Shown here piece after piece: positions 31,092-42,203 of a stretch of DNA of 64,000 nt (its first letter is position 1; every line of letters begins with the position of its first letter). Source of the DNA: Tortispora ganteri (taxonomy: Eukaryota). The stretch spans positions 1 to 64,000 of the forward strand of contig PPNB01000001.1 of NCBI GenBank assembly GCA_003707115.1, in the 5' to 3' direction. The translations under genes and the position numbers were made by a program. Below the pieces are notes generated by a model. The model did not search any database. It had not been told where the DNA came from and worked only from the letters and a program-made list of their open reading frames with translations.

Positions 31092-33187
31092 CTGTCGTCA
31101 CTAAGGAACTCTTCTACTTCTCTGTTCACATCTCCCCAGTCGATAATTCCCATTGAAATGGAATCAAGAATGCTCTTCCTCCGAGGCTCATCAGATTTAT
31201 CATCCAAAAAATCCAGGTCTTCGGGATACCCGTATCGGGCAGTGTCTTGATTCTCCGCATACACGCCTTTGACATTTTCAAGATCTAACAAGTAGTTATC
31301 TTCCGGAAGTCGTTCCCATGCTTCAATACAAGCTTTCACCCATTCTAGACTAACAATTTTACAATTCTTGTCTCGACTAGCTTGCCATACCTTGCGAGTA
31401 CCACTTTGCGCTGCAACTAGGTGAGTAACACGGTTAGGTATATACTCGGCAAATACTACAGCTCCGAAAGTTCGGACCCATTGTACTATATCAGCACTGT
31501 CCAGAGGTGCGCCGTTAGGTATGATTCCAGAAAATACCATAACAACGCCGTCGAATACACGGTGCTTGAGGCGCGGCATAATTAGTGAAATTTGTAGAGC
31601 ATTCCTGTCAAGACGAGTCTCTTTTAACCGTTCGTCGTAGGCTTTGTAAAATTCATCATGTACTAGCTTAAGAGCTTTTTCAAGATACACCAACTCGTTA
31701 TCATCATTCCTTAGCAGTGAAACTGCAGATGTAGAGTTCTCCAGCTCCTCTTGTTGCCGTGCGAGTGGACGATCATTCTGTTGAGCCTCGAGGGCTTCAT
31801 GTAATTTATTCTGCTGAGCTGCTATAACTTCGGGAGAATTATCTCCAGACATAGCCAATATTTGATCCACGGTGGAAACCGGCCTTTCGTTTTGGCCATC
31901 TTCAGCATCTGATTCTCCTTCGGCGTCACTCTCGTCTTCACTGTCTATAAACGTGCTCTTGTCTCCAGCTAAATTTGGTGATGCCTCATTATCTTCATTG
32001 TTACTCGGTTGGTCTTCAATTAATGAATCTTCTGCATCCAGGTCAGCTGCTGAACTGTCTTTACTACTGTTGTTTGTGCCTCCATCGATAACTGCTCCCC
32101 CATTCATAGGCCCAGATGTTATACTTTCCTGCTTTCTCGGCAGAAAGCTAGAGTTTATATCACCCACACCGACAAAAAAATCGTAAGGAATTACTTTGAT
32201 CAAGTTGTTGGACCATTGCCAGACATCGGCGCGGTCATCAATGATAACAACCAGCGATTGGTCGACAGGAAATAGCCTTTGTAGCGATTTATGCGTAAGC
32301 GAGCCACTTTCATCGCGAGATAAAATCCTAGTCCCAAAGTATTTACCTTCAGGATCGATAATTTTTGAGATACATTGAGCATATGATCGCGTAGCCATAG
32401 TGTAGATATGCATTTCGTATAATTCTGAGACATGTTCCAGGAATTCTGAAAGACCTGGTCTAATTTTGACATAATACCAGCATTCGTGGGATGAATCTTC
32501 TTCTGGTGCATTGCCGATGTTGCCGGTAGATATTGATTCGTCAAGTTTGAACGTGACAACGTCTTGCAAGGCGGCATAATTAGGATTCGACGGCTCTCTT
32601 TTCCATTCAGCGACTGTCGGGTCTACTGTGGTGTGTATGATGGTTTGATCAAGATCGACTACTAAGATGAGCTTTCGCTCTTTCAAAAGGCGTTTTGTTA
32701 CCTCGGACTCTATCCGTTCAGCTTCAGATTTCGACACTCTTAACCCGAGCGTATCTTTATCGTATTGAGGCATTGATATAGGGGCTCGCTCGGATTCACT
32801 AAATTCTGTATAGTCACCTGAATCTATGTTTGCGCCGCATATCGCGCATAGACCGCCATACTGAACTTCGTGAGTACACGGTTCGCGAATATCACAAATA
32901 ACAGGCTCAGCTGATTCGAGTGTTTCGCTCTCTGAGATATTCCAGGCTACTAATTGACCTGCGATTGGACTTTCATAGGTGCCATGAAACTCTTTCTCTA
33001 CTTCAATCTCGCCTTCGTCACTGTCTTCAGTGACAGTGCCCATGTACTTATATCTGATGAGCGGTGCGTGTCTTTCAACATTTGCACCAACTGGCTCGAG
33101 TAGGGAGATAATAGTAATAGGAAATCTTAGAGATCTCGGTAATCTGAGCGGTGTTGCCTCGTTTCCGGGGAATGCTATGTTATCCAT
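30674..33187 (-). CDS. FCP1: RNA polymerase II CTD phosphatase
   Basis: CTHEVQYGGLCAICG, LVVDLDQTIIHT (DxDxT), IIDDRADVW, BRCT domain, acidic tail. Confidence 0.96.
31056..31091. repeat. (TCATCG)6 hexanucleotide microsatellite encoding poly-Asp in FCP1
   Basis: Six perfect TCATCG units (alternating GAT/GAC codons on the minus strand). Confidence 0.9.
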
Positions 33188-33464
33188 GGCTGATCGCCTT
33201 CAATTTAGTGCAAAGCGGTTTAATGTTGCAATAAATAAGCTGACGTTGATAAGGCTCTATTGAGGGGCCAGGTCAGAGGGCGATTTTCGCGGCTGGAAGA
33301 AGTGGTGAGACCCTTGACCCTATTCGGATAGTAAAATCTTTGTAGCTATATCCGTCCTCTTTCCTCTACCATTGTAGTAATGGATATTTCATAATGGATA
33401 CCTACTCTAATTAAAAAGGTTTTTTGCTGATTGCTTGTATATGATATTGTAAATTATTTTAAGT

Positions 33465-33635
33465 GTCTCCCGTAAAATTGGGCCGTCAGTCAGCTTGTTA
33501 CCACGCTGAGGGTTCTCACACTGCGGGAAAATTAAGGATACTATTTTATCTTGTAGATTTCATTAACAGGCACAAGAAACACCTCTTTCGGAGTGTTTAT
33601 GATTTTTTGCTTCGTTCAGTGAATCTAGAACATTC
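33465..33635 (+). ncRNA. Candidate box H/ACA snoRNA
   Basis: Hairpin 1 (TCCCGTA/TGCGGGA, GGGCC/GGTTC, TCAGC/GCTGA), H box AAATTA 33529-33534, small hinge hairpin, hairpin 2 (TAGAT/ATCTA, TCATT/AGTGA, AGGCA/TGCTT, AAACAC..GTGTTT), ACA at 33630-33632 plus 3 nt. Confidence 0.6.
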
Positions 33636-33648
33636 ATATTTCTGTATG

Positions 33649-35580
33649 TTAGATACTAAACAATATTTCGTCCAATGCATATTGCGTTGTTCCTGCTTCT
33701 TGGCGAATAGCACTTTTTAGAAGAGTCATTTGTTCAGAAAAGGTTGATTGCGATAGGCATGACTTGCAGTGACTTAAAAGTTCCTTGAAGTCGCTAAAAG
33801 ATAGCGAGTTCCCATCGTCCTCTTCATCTTCATTGTTGTATTGGCGTAAGACTCTCACTATAGAGCGAGCCTCTCGGGTGAGCAATGTGGTCATAAGATT
33901 TCTGATTCTGAATGTCAATTTCATGCTCGACATACATAAACGGTCTAGTAAAGTCATCTGTACAGTAGCCCCATCTTCTATGAACAAGTATTGAGCATCT
34001 GCGGAAAATCGCTTTTCAACTAGTTGTGCGGATTCATTGCGTGAAGGCAGTGTGTGTCTTCCTTGTAATAAAAAGGAATCTAAGTCTGCTGTCAATTTTA
34101 GGCAGAATAGTGAGTCTCTCCATTCAAGGTAATAATCACTCACGTATTTGGCACTGCAGAATAATCTGCACAGGTGATCTAATCCTTTACGCCCAGAGAT
34201 TTCATCGTTTTTGTTTCCAGAGCGATGCACTGCTCTTGTAAGACGGGAAGACATTCCTTCGAACTCTTCTACCGAAACAACTAATATCTCAGCGTAGTCT
34301 TTCAGGATAGGCAATTGTATGTCACAAAAATACCTCAAGCGTAGTTCCAAAGACTCGAGAGATTCGTAATGACCGGAAGACGTCTTCAACAACTGAACTA
34401 GTCGTCGAGCTGATATCGTTGGTTTAAGGTCCACTTCCTCGCCGGTTTCCAGCTCAATTTCAAATGCCTTTGCAGCAGATATAACTTGCTCGTACCTCTT
34501 TCTGACAAAGTCATTTTCAGAGCTAAGCCATTTGTTTGCGACAGCGGGTTCTGACAGTATAAAATCAGTTATCGTGATCCACTGCTGACCATCTCTATAC
34601 CTAAGCTTGTACTCAGAACGCATAACAGTATCAAATTTCGTAGCTTCAGCAACTAGATGATTTAATAGTGCTGGATTTGAGCTACTTAAAGGTATTGATG
34701 CCTTTACATGAGGTTTGAGTACTGTGAGCCAGGCAAGAATGAATTCATGTAGCGGATCAACATCTGGAATGGCTTCGATGAACGACCTAGAAAGAACACT
34801 ATCCAAAAAATTTGCATAGACCTTAATTGAATCCAGGATATAGTCAAAGTAGAGTTCAGGTTTGTCTAGGCGATTAGTAGGTTTGTCTGAGTCAAAGTGG
34901 TATTTAAATTTGTAGCGGAGAGGGGTGATAAGTGTTTGGAATGGTAATAATGGTTCATCATTCTTGATAAGATCAGCTCCAAACTGAAAAGATATACAGT
35001 TTATAGCCTCCTTGGTGAAATTATTGAATTCGGTTGATTTTGTATCAATATCAGTAGAAGGCCATTTAAGGGCATTCAAATGTGTACTAAGTTTTCTTGA
35101 CCATTTATCCAGTACAGTTTTGTATGTTTCTTTAAATAAACTCGTAGCTTCTAGAACAACATCTTCGGGTATTTCAGTGGTATTTAGTAACGACTTGAAA
35201 GACTTTAGCTCCGTCGTTGGAGGCCAAGTTGGGCATCTGAGTATGTCGTCCTTCGCCTGTAGAATAGATCGTTGGTACTTGCGTATCGTCAGCGCACGCA
35301 TGTCAGTTTTATACTGTATCAAAGAATCCTTAAAAGTGCTGAATTCGCTTTGGCTCATATATGAGTCAATTGTATTGTTTGCTTGTGCAAAGTTCAGCAT
35401 GTTCAATAATAAATCAATGGTTTCGGCTGTTGAATACTGATCAAATGAGAGAATCGAAGAAGCTGATTTTTCAAATAATAATTCATCATTCTTTAAATCG
35501 TTTAGATATTTATCTTTCAGCTCGATTGCATTCTTTTCAAATGACTCGATACTATCAATATCGAGCAGTTTTAAGTCCAT
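33649..35580 (-). CDS. TIP20: RINT-1/Tip20 family Dsl1 tethering complex subunit
   Basis: PLRYKFKYHFDSDKPTNRLDKPELYF, HLVAEATKFD, W..SE, LRYFCDIQLPIL. Confidence 0.88.
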   Translation of the reverse strand: MDLKLLDIDSIESFEKNAIELKDKYLNDLKNDELLFEKSASSILSFDQYSTAETIDLLLNMLNFAQANNTIDSYMSQSEFSTFKDSLIQYKTDMRALTIRKYQRSILQAKDDILRCPTWPPTTELKSFKSLLNTTEIPEDVVLEATSLFKETYKTVLDKWSRKLSTHLNALKWPSTDIDTKSTEFNNFTKEAINCISFQFGADLIKNDEPLLPFQTLITPLRYKFKYHFDSDKPTNRLDKPELYFDYILDSIKVYANFLDSVLSRSFIEAIPDVDPLHEFILAWLTVLKPHVKASIPLSSSNPALLNHLVAEATKFDTVMRSEYKLRYRDGQQWITITDFILSEPAVANKWLSSENDFVRKRYEQVISAAKAFEIELETGEEVDLKPTISARRLVQLLKTSSGHYESLESLELRLRYFCDIQLPILKDYAEILVVSVEEFEGMSSRLTRAVHRSGNKNDEISGRKGLDHLCRLFCSAKYVSDYYLEWRDSLFCLKLTADLDSFLLQGRHTLPSRNESAQLVEKRFSADAQYLFIEDGATVQMTLLDRLCMSSMKLTFRIRNLMTTLLTREARSIVRVLRQYNNEDEEDDGNSLSFSDFKELLSHCKSCLSQSTFSEQMTLLKSAIRQEAGTTQYALDEILFSI

Positions 35581-35667
35581 TTCAGTTGTAGATGTGTGAA
35601 AATGATAGATTGAATATGTAGTCCCATTAGCTTATTCTACGCCTCACTCACTTTGTTTTTCCAATGA

Positions 35668-37752
35668 ATGACTCCAAAGAAGCGTAAAATTGATTCGTCT
35701 CAGGGATCATTGGACACATTTTTCAAAAAGAAACATATATCTGATGAAGAATATGCCAAAACCCTTCAGGCTTCTTTTGACAGAGAACTTACGAATGTTT
35801 CTCGTGAAAATGAATTGATTAGTCACAGAAATGACCCAATACAGCCAGATCTGAATCTGGTATCATGGAATTTAGATCCGAAAGTTTTTAATACAGACAT
35901 AGGTATACGATCGCCTGTTTCCTATATGACTTTGTGTCAAGTCTTTGATCAACTACAGTTGACTAAATCACGGAATTGCCGCCTTAACATCTTGACAAAC
36001 TTCTTACACCTATTAATGAAACATGATCCCGAATCTTTGATCCCTGTGGCTTATATGAGTACTAATACTATCGGTCCGCCTTATTTGAAATCGGATCTAG
36101 GTGTCGGGTCTAATGTCCTATCTAAAGCGCTGAATAGATGTTTTGGTGTTTCTTCTGCCCGCCTTAAGGAACTTTATGCTCAGCACGGAGATATAGGTGA
36201 CGTAGCATACGCTTCCTTCATCCATACTGCTTCTATTTTCAGAAAATCTCCTCTCTCTATAATTAAGGTCTATCAGACTTTGCTTCGCATATCTGAGACT
36301 CAAGGATCTGGCTCTCAGAACGCGAAGCTTGACTTTATATTGAACTTAGTTTCGAATGCAAAACATGATGAAATAAGATACCTATTCAGGTCGTTTGTCC
36401 TAAACCTCAGAACTGGAGCAATGACTAATACCATTCTAACTGCACTAGCAAGAGCTTCTGTTCTCTTTTTGCAGCTTGGAGATGAATATGAGCTTGCCGA
36501 AGATGCTCTCAAAGAATGCTATTTTAGACGACCTAGTTTCACAGATATCATCCCTATCCTTGTCGCCCTGGGGCCGTTCTCTCTCACCGCCAAGTGCCCT
36601 CTTGCTTTACATGTACCTTTGAAGCCGATGCTAGGTGCTAATACTAAAGATATTTCCCAGATGTTGAGCCTCCTGAAGAATCATGAAGCTTCTTTTACTT
36701 GTGAGTATAAATACGATGGTCAAAGAGCACAAATACACTTGGATGGTCAAGGTAATGTTTCTATTTTTAGTAGAAATTTGGATAACATGACTGCAAAGTA
36801 TCCAGATATTGTCTCTGAGATTCTGAAAGCCAAGTCACCTAGCACTCAATCTTTTATCATTGAAGGTGAGATTGTTGCTTATGACGGTTCTGATATCAAC
36901 ACGTTTCAAGTATTGTCTTCTAGGAAGCGTGCTCGTGTCTCTTTGGATTCGATTGCCGTGGGAGTTTCCTTATTTCTGTTTGATATTATGTACCTTAATG
37001 GCTCTTCTTTGCTAGATCAACCCTTGAGATCGCGCAGAGACCTTCTGAAAAGCTGTCTCGATGTTATACCCGGTAAAATTGAATTGGTGCAAAGCGTCGA
37101 TGCAACTGCAGATGATGAGGATCTGGTGTATGAATTCTTTCAGGAGTCGGTAAAGTCTAGGTGCGAAGGGATCATGGTAAAAGTGTTGGACACGGTAAAC
37201 GTCAAGGTGACAGGCCGCTCGCAACTTTTGGCGACATACGAGCCTAACAAACGCCTGGAATCTTGGATGAAGGTGAAGAAGGATTACGTGCTAGAGGCGG
37301 ATACTTTGGATGTAGTTCCGATTGGATGCTGGCATGGTAATGGAAGGAAGGCTAAATGGTGGTCACCAATACTTCTAGCAGTGTATGACCCCGATGAAGA
37401 TAAGTTTGTTGCAGTATGCAAATGTATGAGCGGGTTCACAGATGCATTTTACCAAGAGCTCGCTACTAAGTACGCTGTTGGTAGTGATAATATTTCTAGC
37501 CAACCTATTTCAGATCAGGTGTATACGCCCTTGCAACCGAGCTATTATTGGAAGCCACAGGAAGTATGGGAAATTAAATTTGGAGACATTACTGTTAGCC
37601 CTCTCTATACTGCGGGATCAGCATTGGTAGATGGAACAGACAGAGGTTTATCTATAAGATTTCCTCGGTTTATACGGAAAAGAGCCGACAAGGGCATTAC
37701 AGATGCATCTACAGTTGAATATTTAGTGGATTTATATAAGAAGCAGTATTAG
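35668..37752 (+). CDS. ATP-dependent DNA ligase, ligase I paralog (S. pombe Adl1-like rather than Cdc9)
   Basis: CEYKYDGQRAQIH, IIEGEIVA, FDIMYLNG, EGIMVK, ATYEPNKRLESWMKVKKDY, WHGNGRKAKWWSPILLA, GLSIRFPRF. Confidence 0.85.
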   Translation: MTPKKRKIDSSQGSLDTFFKKKHISDEEYAKTLQASFDRELTNVSRENELISHRNDPIQPDLNLVSWNLDPKVFNTDIGIRSPVSYMTLCQVFDQLQLTKSRNCRLNILTNFLHLLMKHDPESLIPVAYMSTNTIGPPYLKSDLGVGSNVLSKALNRCFGVSSARLKELYAQHGDIGDVAYASFIHTASIFRKSPLSIIKVYQTLLRISETQGSGSQNAKLDFILNLVSNAKHDEIRYLFRSFVLNLRTGAMTNTILTALARASVLFLQLGDEYELAEDALKECYFRRPSFTDIIPILVALGPFSLTAKCPLALHVPLKPMLGANTKDISQMLSLLKNHEASFTCEYKYDGQRAQIHLDGQGNVSIFSRNLDNMTAKYPDIVSEILKAKSPSTQSFIIEGEIVAYDGSDINTFQVLSSRKRARVSLDSIAVGVSLFLFDIMYLNGSSLLDQPLRSRRDLLKSCLDVIPGKIELVQSVDATADDEDLVYEFFQESVKSRCEGIMVKVLDTVNVKVTGRSQLLATYEPNKRLESWMKVKKDYVLEADTLDVVPIGCWHGNGRKAKWWSPILLAVYDPDEDKFVAVCKCMSGFTDAFYQELATKYAVGSDNISSQPISDQVYTPLQPSYYWKPQEVWEIKFGDITVSPLYTAGSALVDGTDRGLSIRFPRFIRKRADKGITDASTVEYLVDLYKKQY

Positions 37753-37907
37753 TGCGTCAAATTTATGAATTCCTGTCCGTGGAATACATAGATAGATGTA
37801 CATCACTAGCCATACCCTGGCTATCAACTGCCATTTTTGGGACAATTCAGACCTCTCTCGCCTTAGTAGGCTAAACGTTTCTTAACACTGTCTATATTTA
37901 TTGTATA

Positions 37908-38822
37908 ATGAATACAAGAGAGATAATAATAAAGGCGTTATCGCCTGAGCATTTGATAACACGTGCAAAATTTAAAGAAATTGTCAGGAATGCAGCAGCT
38001 ATACCTGAAAGTCGCATGGTCGACGATCATCTCACACCTAAGGAGCGTAACAGGTACGTAGACATCGTTCCTTTTGTCGATAACCGCGTTATACTCCAAC
38101 ATCCTTTAGACAACTATGACTACATAAACGCCTCTCATATATCTTTAACATCTCCAAATGGTACTAAAAAGCGATATATTGCTACACAAGGGCCAAAGCG
38201 GAACACTGCTTCTCACTTCTGGTGGATGATCGCTCACTATACATCAGACCCTGCAACTATTGTCATGCTTACACCATTAGAAGAGGGGCCAATAGAAAAA
38301 TGCTACAAATATTGGCCGGATAGCAGCTCAGTTGACATTGGGAATGGTTCGGTAAATTTCATAAGCAAGACAGTAGATGAATCATCAACAGCCGTCATCA
38401 CCCAGCTATCTTTGGAATTCCAATCTCCAGATGGTGCAAAGAGAATCCAAAAAACAGTCAATCACATACATTTCTGCGAGTGGCCAGATTTCTCCCGTCC
38501 GCAGGGCGAAAAACTGGTTCTAAATCTCATAAAAACAGTTAATTCTTACCACACTGATCCATCGTCGCCATTGGTTGTGCACTGCTCAGCCGGCGTCGGA
38601 CGCACAGGCACTTATATCGCCACTAGCTTTATCATCGATAACTTTGCGGACCTTTATATCGCTCATAAAGATTTAGATTTTCAAGATACTGTGAATGACC
38701 CTGTTTTTCAAGTCGTTTCAGAGCTTCGCGCCCAACGAGCTTACATGGTAATGAACCTGGAACAATATGAATTCATATACCATCTGCTCAAAGCTAACTA
38801 TCTACAGTCGCTACAGACTTAA
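37908..38822 (+). CDS. PTP1: Classical protein tyrosine phosphatase
   Basis: RNRY.DIVPF, DYINAS, YIATQGP, WPDF loop, VHCSAGVGRTG, QRAYMV...QY. Confidence 0.88.
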   Translation: MNTREIIIKALSPEHLITRAKFKEIVRNAAAIPESRMVDDHLTPKERNRYVDIVPFVDNRVILQHPLDNYDYINASHISLTSPNGTKKRYIATQGPKRNTASHFWWMIAHYTSDPATIVMLTPLEEGPIEKCYKYWPDSSSVDIGNGSVNFISKTVDESSTAVITQLSLEFQSPDGAKRIQKTVNHIHFCEWPDFSRPQGEKLVLNLIKTVNSYHTDPSSPLVVHCSAGVGRTGTYIATSFIIDNFADLYIAHKDLDFQDTVNDPVFQVVSELRAQRAYMVMNLEQYEFIYHLLKANYLQSLQT

Positions 38823-38921
38823 AGATTGAGGCTGTACTTCAAAGTCATAATAATTGCATATAAAGCGAGCACATGTATCTAAATTAGTAGAATCACAGAA
38901 TAACTAAGTGAAGCAGTTCCA

Positions 38922-41900
38922 TCATGTAACAAGTGTCGTAGATCCATCATCAACGGGAGAAAAAAACTCTTCAATGGCAATGTCACTCATTCCTGTAGGA
39001 CTTTCATTTCCCTTGCCGTCATCGGTCTGTGCAACGACCCCAACAGCTTTAGTCACAAAACCTTGAGGAAGAGTAGATTCAGTAGCGCTAGTCCGCACAA
39101 AGGGAACGCGACCTTTAAGTCTCTTTTTCGCTGGAGGGATCTTACCATTAGGAAGCACTTTAACTCGAGGCGCTAATTTCATTCTAGCAGCATCATAGTC
39201 CTCTTTTAGGACCACAGAGTCCACGTCTTTGGATTCTGAGGCAGCCTGCTTCTCTATTGCTGAAAGGAAGAAAGGTTTGAGTAGTTCAATCACTGAACTT
39301 TCAATTAATGATTTCGTAATAGGATCGTATACCGGCTGTGCAAATTCCTTTTCCCTAACAGAGGTATCAACATCAGTACCCTCTTGCATAGCCATCTGAG
39401 TAATGCGGCCATGAAGTAAATGTAGAGGTACATTCAAACTCATCAAACCAAATTCTTTATCAAGACCGAGTTCCTTGAATCCGTAAAAGTCATCACCAAG
39501 GTCCTCTGTAAAATTACCTGAGACAAACTGCTCTGAACCATCAGCAAAATTCTGTTCATCAAGGTCCGCAATAGTAGGGCGTAGCTGTTCAGCCAACTGC
39601 TCTTTCATCCTCCTTGTAATATCTTTAAGCCTATCACTAAACTTCAGCGTGTAGTTGCAGTGTGAAATTAGGCCCCATATGCCATCAATACTATTATCAA
39701 ACAAAGAATGCAGAATAGCTTCTTTAGCACTGTACTTATGTCGGCCAGCTTCAGATTCTTCACTATAAGTCATTAAACAATGGCCTAAGTTTTCCAAGTG
39801 CCGTGCTGCAAGGCTAGTCAGAGCGTCAACGGCTTGAGGAGACGCAGTCTCAAAGCCAACGACCATTCCTATTCTACCTATCGCCCGCCTTAATGCGGAA
39901 TAGCAGACATCTTCAGACATAAATTCTGATCTAGGATCCAATCTGCTATCAAGGTCCAAGTCTTTATTAGTCACAGGTTCTGGATCATATGACTGTCGAG
40001 AATCTCTATTTACATTCCCCATCTGGATTGAACGAATAGCCTGAATTTTAGCACAAACTTTCCGAATATTTACCATCTCTTCAATATTTTTGTTAAAAAC
40101 TTGAGTCATACCCTTGTCTGCAATAAAACCTGAGGGTGGAACATCTTGCAGCCTTAAGTCCTCGGGAACTTGGTATTCATTATCTGGATCATATTTAAGA
40201 TCACTATTCCAGTTCACCTCCGGAACACTACTTGAGACAGAATATTCCAATAAATAGACCGAAGAGTCGATTTTATCGTCACCAACACCTTCCTTCAGTT
40301 CCTGTAGGTCTAAAAGAACATCATCTGACCCTTCAACAGCCGATTCTGTCTCTAGGAACATCTTCATTTTTGCAGGTGTCCTAAGAAAGGCTGGAGCCTC
40401 TGGATCAAGTTGCTTTTCACGTATAAGTGCCAGCCTTTCAGCTATTATCTTCTCCCTTACAACCTGAGTCACATTTTGGTAAAGTAAATTCTCGAAGTCT
40501 TCTGCAACGCTCTCAATTAGATCTTCACTCAAAACATCACTATAGCCAGTTTCCAACTGTACATTTGCTCCGTCTGCGTTTATATCACTTGATGATCGAT
40601 GTGAATCACTAATTAAATCTTTTGTACCATGTGAAACGTGATCTGGTACAACTGAAGCTGGACTGGTTGATTTTTCGTCGCCGTTGGATTCATCGTCATC
40701 AATTTTGCGCTTTTTGTTTAGATTTTTGGCAGCCTTCTCAGAGTCAAAGCCTTTCCGAGTAAGTGAAAACTCATTCTCATTGTCACTTTCAAAATCATTT
40801 TCGGCTTCGGCAATATTTGCATTTTCTTCTGCCTCAACTTCAGCTCTATTGCGAATCACTATGTCTGGTATCAATGGAACCAATGACTGAGTTTTTTTCT
40901 GCATAGCTAGAGCATGAGCACGAAGAAAATGTTTTGGATCAGCATTATATATCAAGCAATTTTTCCATATTAGCATTAGGTCGTCCACAAACTCAGACTT
41001 TGAATTATACTGGAATGTCTTTAACTTCTTCATGACTGTGGATAGATCCATTGGTGTTTTGATGACGTTATAGTAATTAGGTGCATCACGCCTATTTACT
41101 CTATTCAAAAAAGCTGTAGAGTGAGGTGTGTAAGCGCGCAATTCAATGATAACTTTTTCTGCAGCCTCGTAGAGCTCCTCCTGACCCACTCTATCTTCGC
41201 TAGCCCACTTAGAACGATTTTTCCGCACTTCCGCTATCAAATTTCGAAGGCTTACATCGCTCAGTGAAAGTTGTGATCTTTTGCTGTCAATTCGAGATAG
41301 TAAATGTTTTAAACTCAGATTGGCAGCACCAAAGCTCGCGCTAAGTTTATTAAAGCCATTCAATTTATCTGCCAGAGGTTGTGAGCCATCAGCGCCGCGG
41401 GCCCGGACAAAATTGGCTATTAACGCTTCTTCTGCATCAAAAATATGATATATAGCTGACTTTTGCAGAAGGGAATGTTTTTTAGCTTTCTCCAGATCTG
41501 TGTTCGTAGGCTCAGCTACTGCAACAACAATCGATCGATCGGCAGCCGCAGAAGGTTCGAGAGTAGTTACTTTTCCAATTGGATCATCGTAGTCTTCAGT
41601 ATCATAGTCATCGTCTGTATCTATAGCTGTCGCACGACCTGTTGATGTCAAAATCGAATCAGAAGTACCATTCGGATGTGATGCCAATGACTCAGTCGAC
41701 TGCAGGAACGCGAAAAGTTCGCCTGAGAGTTGCATATCAAGAGCTGCCTCCACTGCAAGACGTCGGACTTTAAAAGCCAGACTTTGTAAATTTACAGGCC
41801 CGGATAGGCTAGAGACTGTTAAAGAGAAAGGACCTTCAGGTTCGGGAGTTTCTTCGGGAAGCTTAGCGCTTAAGCGAACGGCAGGAGAAGCAGATCGGGC

Positions 41901-42203
41901 ATGCGTAGAGGCTATTAAGGAATAGGGACGAGATTTTGGAGTCAATTCACGAGAAGAATCTATCTGCATAGGGGTCGATGCAATAGTTAGGTGATGATTT
42001 TCTTGGTCATCAACCTGGTTATATGGAGATTGTAGTTCAGGTAGAGGCAGGAGCGAAAGGAAGCGATCCCAGGCCGAATCGTTTGAGCTATCTAGTAGGG
42101 CACAGAGAGTTGCATGTTCTGATAGGGAAAAATGAGCACGCCATGATTCGTTTGATTCAATAGATTTTATTAGAACCTTTATCGTATCTGGAGAGAGAAT
42201 CAT
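38922..42203 (-). CDS. SPT7: SAGA complex bromodomain subunit
   Basis: ANLSLKHLL, EVRKNRSKWASEDRVGQEELYEA, bromodomain DAPNYYNVIKTPMDL, histone-fold region, GDDFYGFKELGLDKEFGL. Confidence 0.95.
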   Translation of the reverse strand: MILSPDTIKVLIKSIESNESWRAHFSLSEHATLCALLDSSNDSAWDRFLSLLPLPELQSPYNQVDDQENHHLTIASTPMQIDSSRELTPKSRPYSLIASTHARSASPAVRLSAKLPEETPEPEGPFSLTVSSLSGPVNLQSLAFKVRRLAVEAALDMQLSGELFAFLQSTESLASHPNGTSDSILTSTGRATAIDTDDDYDTEDYDDPIGKVTTLEPSAAADRSIVVAVAEPTNTDLEKAKKHSLLQKSAIYHIFDAEEALIANFVRARGADGSQPLADKLNGFNKLSASFGAANLSLKHLLSRIDSKRSQLSLSDVSLRNLIAEVRKNRSKWASEDRVGQEELYEAAEKVIIELRAYTPHSTAFLNRVNRRDAPNYYNVIKTPMDLSTVMKKLKTFQYNSKSEFVDDLMLIWKNCLIYNADPKHFLRAHALAMQKKTQSLVPLIPDIVIRNRAEVEAEENANIAEAENDFESDNENEFSLTRKGFDSEKAAKNLNKKRKIDDDESNGDEKSTSPASVVPDHVSHGTKDLISDSHRSSSDINADGANVQLETGYSDVLSEDLIESVAEDFENLLYQNVTQVVREKIIAERLALIREKQLDPEAPAFLRTPAKMKMFLETESAVEGSDDVLLDLQELKEGVGDDKIDSSVYLLEYSVSSSVPEVNWNSDLKYDPDNEYQVPEDLRLQDVPPSGFIADKGMTQVFNKNIEEMVNIRKVCAKIQAIRSIQMGNVNRDSRQSYDPEPVTNKDLDLDSRLDPRSEFMSEDVCYSALRRAIGRIGMVVGFETASPQAVDALTSLAARHLENLGHCLMTYSEESEAGRHKYSAKEAILHSLFDNSIDGIWGLISHCNYTLKFSDRLKDITRRMKEQLAEQLRPTIADLDEQNFADGSEQFVSGNFTEDLGDDFYGFKELGLDKEFGLMSLNVPLHLLHGRITQMAMQEGTDVDTSVREKEFAQPVYDPITKSLIESSVIELLKPFFLSAIEKQAASESKDVDSVVLKEDYDAARMKLAPRVKVLPNGKIPPAKKRLKGRVPFVRTSATESTLPQGFVTKAVGVVAQTDDGKGNESPTGMSDIAIEEFFSPVDDGSTTLVT

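Noticed and set aside
33265..33322. GGTCAGAGGG...CCCTTGACC stem-loop upstream of FCP1
   Set aside because: Short, imperfect stem with no RNA-family motif; more simply promoter sequence
33461..33627. Minus-strand reading of the H/ACA candidate (AGATAA ... ACA-CTT)
   Set aside because: Several G-U pairs become A-C mismatches on that strand, so the + strand folds better; not fully excluded
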